Assembly: GCA_964016885.1 (NCBI GenBank)
Contig: OZ024756.1
Location: 33,542,001-33,606,000, forward strand
Origin: Eledone cirrhosa
Lineage: Eukaryota
Direction of reading: 5' to 3'
DNA length: 64,000 bases
Shown: piece after piece, positions 55,325-64,000 of the stretch
Numbering within the stretch: the stretch's first letter is position 1
Layout: each line of letters begins with the position of its first letter
The notes under the pieces: model-generated
Databases searched by the model: none
What the model was told of the DNA's origin: nothing
What the model saw: only the letters and a program-made list of their open reading frames with translations
Position numbers and translations under genes: made by a program

Positions 55325-55664
55325 TAATAATTATTATTATTATTATTATATAAATCCCGCCGAGGTCAACTTTGCTTTTCATCCTTACGGGGTCGATAAA
55401 ATAAAGTACCAGTAATGTACTGGGTAATTTGCTGGCCTTGTGCCAAAAATAGAAACAATTATTATATATATATAAAGATAGTGTATCCACCCAGAGAAGC
55501 AATTAATCATATTACACTTAATACAAACTAGTATGAGTCAGTTTAACTAATATATTATCCCAACTGCAGTTACTGGAATTGAGAATCAATATTAATTATC
55601 TGATTGAATTAAAGCCACAAATATTGGAGGAATTATTCCGTCTGCGAGGGTAAATTTGAAAGTA

Positions 55665-56290
55665 GAAATAATTCTTTCTACGTTTGGCACAAGGCCAGCA
55701 ATTACCCAGTGCATTACTGGTACTTTATTTAAACGAGTCCGGAAGGAGGAAAGGAAAAGTTAACCTCGGCGGGATTTGAACTCAGATCATAAAGGGACGT
55801 AACTCTATGCTTCAAAGCATGGTGTCCGACTCTCTACCGATACCGCCAATCCACCGCATAATAATTGTTTCTACTTTTGGCACAAGGCCAGCAATTAACC
55901 AGTGTATTACTGGTACTTTATTTATCGACCCCGTAAGGATGAAAAGCAAAGTTAACCTCGGCGGGATTTGAAAGTAGAAATAATTGTTTCTATTTTAGGC
56001 GCAAGGCCAGCAATTACCCAGTACATTACTGGTACTTTACTTTATCGACCCCGTAAGGATGAAAGGCAAAGTTAACCTCGGCGGGATTTGAACTCAGATC
56101 ATAAAGGGACGTAACTCTATGCGTTAAAGCATGGCATCCGACACTCTACCGATACTGCCTAGAAATAATTGTTTCTACTTTAGGCACAAGGCCAGCAATT
56201 ATCCAGTGCATTACTGGTACTTTATTTTATCGACCCCGTAAGGATGAAAGGCAAAGTCAACCGCGGCGGGATTTGAACTCAGATCATACT
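55665..56290 (-). mobile_element. Tandem array of about four family-1 SINE copies (two truncated)
   Basis: Repeated attgtttctactttaggcacaaggccagcaatt...gaactcagatc units head to tail. Confidence 0.85.
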
Positions 56291-56572
56291 GCCTAGAAAT
56301 AATATTGAATAGATAGCATACTGACCATGTCGGTATCGAAGTTGCATGATGTCATTGAAGTACTATCTGAACAAATATCTATCTATATATTAGAAAAATA
56401 CGATGGGTTTATAATGACGCTAGAAATAGCACCAAAAATCCGTCTAAATCTACTTGACGAGAAAGGAGTAGTCAATATCAATAAAAAAAGAAAGTTATTT
56501 GTCTCGAATATATTTTGAAATCTCATTTAAAGGATATAATATCGACTGAGAGAAGAAATAAAAACATATTAA

Positions 56573-56650
<78 letters not shown>

Positions 56651-56917
56651 ATATTTGGGGAGGATCATATTGTTGTAATAATATTGTATTGCCAAAAATA
56701 ATAACGGAACACACTCACTCTTTGGTTGGTTTTCGCTTCTGTATCTTTTATATCTCCATAGTTAATTCATTTGGCCATCAATGTTTATCACTGACTGACC
56801 AACGGTCAAAAATACAGATATAAATACATATATATAGTCTAACAAAGTCCTTTCGTTGCACATCTACATATGTATATTTACACACACACACACACACACA
56901 TACACACACACATACAC

Positions 56918-57100
56918 TGCCCCCTCATTATCGTTGCCATGTCCTGCGCCTCAAACAGACCAGTGTCTGTCCTTAGGGCATCAACATATGTTAACCTCGG
57001 TCTCCCTCTTCCAGTGTCTCCGTGTAGGGGCTCCCACAGGAGCACTGAGTGCAGTGTCAACTCTGGATGTCGGTGAGCATGTCCGGCTAACCTCAGTCTT
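56918..57100 (-). pseudogene. RTE-type LINE C-terminal fragment
   Basis: RLAGHAHRHPELTLHSVLLWEPLHGDTGRGRPRLTYVDALRTDTGL. Confidence 0.75.
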
Positions 57101-57166
57101 GGAGTAATAATAGTGAAAGAGTGAAGAATAACATGGTCAACAGTACAAAAAGGGTTGTATTTACAG

Positions 57167-57268
57167 TATTAACAATTGTTTCATTGATTAGTATGTCTAA
57201 AGATTGCTAATCACTCGAAGTTGTGTCACTCAATCTTAAATACAGTGCCTAATCAAATCATCGGAATA
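57167..57268 (-). ncRNA. Hammerhead motif, CCGATGA variant, 75-nt stem II region
   Basis: Minus strand tatt-CCGATGA-t-ttgattag...ctaatcaa-t-GAAA-CAATTG-TT-aata. Confidence 0.6.
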
Positions 57269-57879
57269 AATGACAAAATTACACTCGATATTTGTATTTA
57301 TACTACGGAGAATTCAAATAACAACATCAATAATAAAGAAAGAAAAAGAAAAAGAAAAAGAAAAAGAAAAAGAAAAAGAAAAAGAAAAAATAATAAAGAA
57401 GTTAGAATGAAGATGATAAAAAATATATAAATGAAAAAATATATATACGTGAAAAAAGTATATGTTGAAAATAGTGGTGGTGGTGGTGGTGGGGGTTAAA
57501 GTTATAGTGGTGTGTAAGTATAAAGATCTGACGAGGGTAGGAATATTATTAGTATGAACATAAATATTAAATATATACATATGTATTGGTTAAATCACAG
57601 ATAGTTAGAGTAGGAAGAAAGAATAAAATGATAAATAACATATAAAAGATAAATTAATAAATTAGAAGTGAGGTCAAAGGATATAGGATAGGATACAAGA
57701 GAAGAGGTGAAATAGCTTTAGGGAGTGAGAATGAAAGAAAGTGAAAGAAAGGTTAGGAGGTTAATGATGTTGATTTAGTGATTAGTTGGTATGTTGACAG
57801 TTAATAATAGTGAGTTGGTATATAGCTATTAAAATAGACTCTGGGCGGTTCAGCTTGAATTATGGGATTGTTGGATCAA

Positions 57880-58240
57880 ATCATGTTGGTTTGAAATTTG
57901 CGAATTTAGTGGTTACTTTGTGCCTACAAAAAACTGAACGTTATATTTTGGTGTTAAGCAGCATTTTGTCATATTTTAAAATGTGGAACAGCTCCATATT
58001 GCAAAGTCCACAGTGGGACATTCCATTTTCTGTAAGCCTTTGCTCTCGATAATTTTGACCAGCTAATCCTGTATTCTTTCTTTGTATCCTTAAGCTGCCA
58101 AATGTTATTGGCGTTGTTGTGCTTTCTAGTCTACGGTTCTTCATAGAACGTCTGTGAACATACCATCTTTTTTTTAACTCCCCAGCCGTAGAACCTATGT
58201 AGTGGCATGCTAAGTTGCCCGAATTTATAGAACACATGTT
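57880..58240 (-). pseudogene. Frameshifted PLE GIY-YIG endonuclease relic
   Basis: [22 protein letters not shown], then frameshifted NIWQLKDTKKEYRISWSKL, then HCGLCNMELFHILK..LLNTK..FCRHK; same motif order as 4396-4860. Confidence 0.8.
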
Positions 58241-58272
58241 CACTTCACAGACACACACACACACACAGACAG

Positions 58273-58333
<61 letters not shown>

Positions 58334-58398
58334 CAACAGTGACATAAACAGGTATTTAAGTTCTACGCCCCAACTCATTCAGCCTGTCCTGAGAAAAA

Positions 58399-58453
<55 letters not shown>

Positions 58454-58458
<5 letters not shown>

Positions 58459-58842
58459 TTAGTTAAGCAAAACAAGACCACAAATTTCACAAGGAAGACA
58501 TTATAAAAAGATTGTCAACATATTTTAGTTTGATGTAAAGAATGTAGAGAATAATAATAATAATATTAATAATAATAATGTCCGTTTACAATTGTTTCGC
58601 TACTCCATATAATATTTCTGGATCAGATGACTATATATCATAATTGATCTGGTTCAGTTGAAAATAATTAACATATTTAAAAAGCAGAGCGGCTCATCGG
58701 AACTTCAAAGAATATAAATTATTAATATTATTATTATTATTATTCTCTACATTCCTTACATCAAACTAAAATATGTTGACAATCTTTTAATAATTTCTTC
58801 CTTGGGAAATTTGTGGTTTTGTTTTGCTTAGCTAATGAATAT
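58454..58842. repeat. Inverted repeat (~120-bp arms), PLE pLTR-like
   Basis: attcattagttaagcaaaacaagaccacaaattt... pairs with ...aaatttgtggttttgttttgcttagctaatgaat; a hammerhead lies in the spacer. Confidence 0.8.
58584..58703 (-). ncRNA. Hammerhead motif, CCGATGA variant, 95-nt stem II region
   Basis: Minus strand gtt-CCGATGA-gccgctc...gagtagc-GAAA-CAATTG-TA-aac; centred in an inverted repeat. Confidence 0.55.
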
Positions 58843-59017
58843 TTCCAGCTCTGCGCACCTAACTTCTGCATGAACCCAGCCACCTAGCTGCTTTCTACTG
58901 CATATTGCACATTGAGCACATGCCTTTACGCTTTGGCTTCTAACTAATTCCCCAATCTCTCCTCTCCTAACTCCTCTCTTATCTCCATCTCTCTCTTTAA
59001 GATTGGTTACTCTTGAA

Positions 59018-59093
<76 letters not shown>

Positions 59094-59133
59094 ATAATAA
59101 TAAATTTGAAGACTAAAATCCAAAGAGGGCTCG

Positions 59134-59169
<36 letters not shown>

Positions 59170-59220
59170 TATAAGAATAAAGGAACAAAGAGTCAGTGTT
59201 ACATCATAACATATTTAATA

Positions 59221-59312
59221 ACATATTATATATGTTTCACTGTCGATCACCTCAAGGAACGATCTAGTATTGATCGAACCTGACTATGGAATTGAAAGAT
59301 CCTCAGATATGC
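59221..59312 (-). ncRNA. Hammerhead motif, 61-nt stem II region
   Basis: Minus strand gcatat-CTGAGGA-...-GAAA-CATATA-TA-atatgt; 6-bp stem I. Confidence 0.55.
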
Positions 59313-59347
59313 CTCGGTATTTAAGCTCGTCTCCGATTCTGTGTAGA

Positions 59348-59463
<116 letters not shown>

Positions 59464-60704
59464 ATATATGTATGTATGTTTGTATGAATGCCCGTGAATC
59501 TGTGTGTCACACAGGTCATTTCCAGTGGTTTAATGACTCGTACAAGTATTTGAAAACAATGACCCATACAACTTGAAAATCATGTATATGAATGTAATAA
59601 GTGGATTGCATCTCTAAGCTTCACTTAATTAATATAATAATACGTCAAGAAAATAAAAAATACTCAGAAAATCATTGTTAATAGCGTTATGAAAATATTT
59701 TTAATTAGTTATATATGTGTGCGTAAATGTGGATGTATATATGTTGGTGTGTGTTTGTATGTGTACATTCTTAGCTATGTGTATGTGTGTATATATGTGT
59801 GTGGTGAACATATTTCTTCTTTTCAAACAGACTATTACGAATATAATAATACATGCCTTTATCAAATAAATATATTCGTAGCGGCATAGAGAATCATTTA
59901 ATTTCACGCTTTGTGACATCAGTAATAGAAAATTATAACTGGCTATATATTATAGCATCTTTCTAGTGAGATATGAATGCCAAATTATAACAAAAGATAT
60001 GGGCTTAAATACAAAAAAGAAACAAACGAATTGAATAGAAATAATATAGTTTTATTCACGTAGAAGTAAATGAAAGACAAATTATATAATAAATCTTTCA
60101 GACATAAATGTATCCCTTTTTACGTTAGAGGGTTTTGTACCAATCATTTAATAGTTTTCACATTTGAAAATATTATATATATATATATATATACACACTG
60201 ACAGAGACAGAGACAGAAAGTGAGAGAAACATATATATATAGATAGATAGATGTTAATTGACTGTTCTAGAGATGTTTTATATAAATAATATACCGATGT
60301 ATTGATGTTATATATTATATAGAAGAGATACTTATGAATACTTTGGAAACAAACTTTATCGTTTCCGACATCAACTGTTCCAGTTGTTTGAACGACAGAA
60401 CAGTCCATTGTCCTTGCTGCATTTGAGTTCTTTAATTACGTGTCTCAGTAAACTACCAGGCTGGTGACTGGCGCGAAGAAGACCATCAAAATACTGCAAT
60501 ATAGTTAGAGGTAATAGAAATATTCATACCACGTGCTAACAAGGGAGGCATTCGGACCTTAGACAAAGGTATCTGTTCAAAAAATATTTTGCAGTTTTCA
60601 TCTCATGCTGCGAAAACTGAATATAAGCCTATGACCTGTCCTGGAAATCGTGGGGTGGATGCAGTAAGATTACGTATCCCTAGACCTCAAAGAGGGTTCG
60701 GAAA

Positions 60705-61290
60705 GAAGCACTTAAACATTGGACTCTGAAACAGCACAACCCTTACAGGGTAAGGAGCATGAAATAGTGAAGGAGACCAAATGCTACCGGCTAGATATAG
60801 TTGGGGTTTCCTCAACAAGTTCTGTGTCTCTGGTGCTAAAGATTTGTATAGAGGATTAACATTCCACTTGTAACACAGTCGGATTGAGGATACTCACAAG
60901 CCCTCGTCTGTCAGAATATATAATGGAATTGAGAACGAGGATTTATATCTGTAGCGTAAACTGAATGATAGGTCTCTGTTGGTGGTGCAAATTTATGCGC
61001 CAAACAAAGAGCTCGAATATAGATCCTTACTTGATGTCCTTGCAGTGTTGGATGTAGCTAAAACTGAGTCATATATCCTATTTGAGATTTCAATGCTCAT
61101 CTTTGTACTGACCACCTGAGATGGATGGTGGTGATTGGGAGGAACGACGATCTCAATCTAAATACAAATGGAGAGGCCTCATTAGACATCTGTTTCAGTA
61201 ATGGGCTTTCTATCATAAACACCTTCCAGCACAAAGACATCCATAAATATACTTGGTATAAACGGAATCAGGGACAGAGATCTCAAATCA
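60705..61290 (+). pseudogene. Degenerate LINE AP-endonuclease region (RTE-like)
   Basis: Disrupted frames give RLDIVGVS, VVQIYAPNKE, DFNAH, NTNGEASLDICFSNGLSIINTFQHKDIHKYTWY. Confidence 0.75.
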
Positions 61291-63059
61291 GTTATGAATG
61301 CAGTATCGGTAGAGGGTCGGACGCCATGCTTTGCAGCATAGAGTTACAGCCCTTGCCCTTCTGAGTTCAAATTTCACCGAGGTTAACTTTGCCTTTCATC
61401 CTTACGGGGTCGATAAAATAAAGTACCAGTAATGCACTTGGTATTTGCTGGCTTTGTGCCAAAAGTAGAAACAATTATATAATATACATATTTAAACGTT
61501 TAAGGAAATATATATGTAAACAATAACGAATAATCCCTTTAAAAAAATGTGTTCTTTGATCGAATGCCTGTGTGATATTTGTTCTGAACCGAGCTCCTAA
61601 AAATGCTTTCTCACAATATTCAACAGTGGCAAAACATATCCCACTTATTAGTTCGTTTTAACACCTAACTCCATCAATCAGCGTTTACCATATAAAATTT
61701 TAAATAAAACACAAGAGTTAATCTATTATTAATATATCTACCATCGCAATTCTTCAATGATGAAATATAACATTTATATTTGTCTTCGATCAATATCTTT
61801 TTTTAATCTTTTCAATTTTATCGTTTACAAAATATTTATTTTTTAACCATTTATGCACTACTTCAGAATTCTGATGTAACATAAATATTATGCCTTTCAT
61901 TTAAATACACGTTTCATTTTCAAGTTATATTATTATTATTCATTAACACGTTAAAAGATTTGATTAAATCTTTCTTTTATCCTTTCGTGAATTGATAAAA
62001 ACTACACGTAAGTACTGTAGTTGATTTAATTGACTTTCTTATCCCCACCAATCGCTGTTCTTGTGTCTAAATTAACAAAAGGTTACGGTGGGGGATCTTT
62101 TAGCATAGTTAAGCACTGAAACCAATGCTTTTAGATATTTAGTTAAGATTATCCCCGCTGCAAAAAGCTTCATTATTTTAAAGATATTGAAGGTGGTCTA
62201 CAAGGTGAATTGTTTGAACATCGGATGAAATAAAATTTCCTTTACGTAATGGGGTTGATTTCATCAATTTTGCTAATGTCAAAAATTGCTGGCCTTGTGT
62301 CTAAATTAACAACCATTATCTTTCTTCTTCTTCTTCTTCTTCTTCTTCTTCTTCTTCTTCTTCTTCTTCTTCTTCTTCTTCTTTCTTGGTGTGTTATTAT
62401 TATTTTTATCATCATTATTATTAGATTGACAAACTAACCGAAGCAGAAGGTGTAAAAGCCATTTATATCTACACAGGATCAGCGGGTTACTCTGATTCAC
62501 TCAACTACGTCAAATGAAATAATTCATGAGCAAGAGACAAGATGAAGGAATGCAGAAAATATGATTATTGTTATCTGACTACTATAATTATGTATTCGGT
62601 ATTCCCCGCCTAGTAAACGTTTGTACAGATTACTCATTGATAGTTGTAAGACTATGGACACAGTCCAACAAATTCATAATAAGATACTGACAAGTGATCT
62701 CTTGTGTATTAGGTGAGATCAAAGAGATTATCCAAAGAGGACAGTTTGTATCGAGAATATCTGAGAAAGCATATATCACGTTTTTAATATTCCTTTCTTT
62801 AAGTAGTTCTGCTTGGAACAATCGATAGCGTGCAGGAATCTGTAACGAACTTGGTTAAATTTATAGTATGGTGACTTTTAACATTAATCGTTCAATCTAG
62901 CGATTATGTTTGCTGGGACCATTAGGAAAGATTCACACCTGATGTTTTCACCACAAAAGGACAGGGATGGGAGAATGAAAGAACGTGACAGTCTTTAATT
63001 TGGTAATACTACGTGTTATAAATATATATATATATATATATTGTTTCTTTTCTTTTTCT

Positions 63060-63310
63060 TAAGCCAGAAGGCTTATCCCGGTTTCATGGCGTGAAGCGAC
63101 TGAGAGTACAAGACTCCCCCCCTGGACAGGACGCCAGTCCATCGCAGGGTTAAACCTCCAGCTATTGCTGATACTCATTTTCAGCGGAGTATACTGTAGC
63201 AACGTGAAATAAAGTGTCTTGCTCAAGGAAACAGCACATCAGCCGGTCCGAGAATTGAACTCACAACCTTTCGATTGCAAGCCTAATGCTCTAACCACTA
63301 AGCCATGCGC

Positions 63311-63313
<3 letters not shown>
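63060..63313 (-). mobile_element. tRNA-head SINE family 2
   Basis: Head gcgcatggcttagtggttagagc...gagttcaattc, then ccttgagcaagacactt and accctgcgatggactggcgtcctgtccagggg, resembling conserved central domains of metazoan SINE superfamilies. Copies at 23460-23725 (minus) and 53578-53710 (plus, partial). Confidence 0.8.
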
Positions 63314-63383
<70 letters not shown>

Positions 63384-63797
63384 TGTGTGTATGTGTGTAT
63401 GTGTGTGTATGTGTGTATGTGTATGTGTGTGTGTAGATATATATATATAGAGAGAGAGAGAGAGAAAAAGAGAGAGATGTAGATGAAGGCGTATGTTATG
63501 CAAATGAGGATCACCAGGCGACGTTTCATACGTAAAAAAAAACATGTCTTTAGTTCATAACACTACAGGGTGGGTAAAACGTCTCCTGGTGATAGGTAAA
63601 CATTCATAAATTGTTATTGAGATAAATGTGACTTGACTACGGCTTATAACATTCATAGCGAGACTCTTGTATGTTTATTGTACATAATCACATTACACAT
63701 TCCTTCACATACACTCCTATTATGAAGCATGCTAAGTTAGCACTACTGCTAATATACACACATAGCCAAACACGCACACATCACACACATATACACA

Positions 63798-63919
<122 letters not shown>

Positions 63920-64000
63920 CATATATGTGTGCGTATGAGTGTGTTTTCCAAGAGATGTCAGCATGAATGGACTTGTTATTTTTATCTAAAGACATTTTTT

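Larger units (their letters stand above)
57105..58245 (-). mobile_element. 5'-truncated PLE (EN relic + AT-rich 3' region + hammerhead)
   Basis: GIY-YIG relic followed about 600 nt downstream by a hammerhead motif at 57167-57268; microsatellite at the 5' junction. Confidence 0.7.

Noticed and set aside
62630-62840. Open minus-strand frame of about 69 codons with AG/GT boundaries
   Set aside because: Weak splice signals, phase not linkable to the candidate gene, and no recognisable motif.

Overview
AT-rich, microsatellite-saturated animal DNA; the repeat landscape suggests an octopus/coleoid cephalopod (inference). Nearly all ORF-track entries are (TA)n/(CA)n/(GA)n artefacts. Real content: (1) an intact, full-length Tx1-clade non-LTR retrotransposon on the minus strand (44579-50375; gag-like ORF1 plus APE-RT-zinc-finger ORF2) with a 22-bp target-site duplication. 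It sits in the (GATA)n tail of a tandem pair of 5'-truncated relatives, which points to a GATA-microsatellite-targeting lineage that nests into its own tails. (2) Many Penelope-like element (PLE) remnants inside (TA)n tracts: two GIY-YIG endonuclease relics, fold-back and pseudo-LTR structures, and about 12 minimal type I hammerhead-ribozyme motifs. Several motifs have a much expanded stem II, and two share a CCGAUGA core variant. (3) Two tRNA-head SINE families, RTE-type LINE relics, a non-autonomous Helitron, Tc1/pogo-type MITEs and minisatellites. (4) A tentative spliced minus-strand gene, missed by the ORF track, that would encode a Cys-rich, possibly EMI-like protein (exons between 43892 and 20540).
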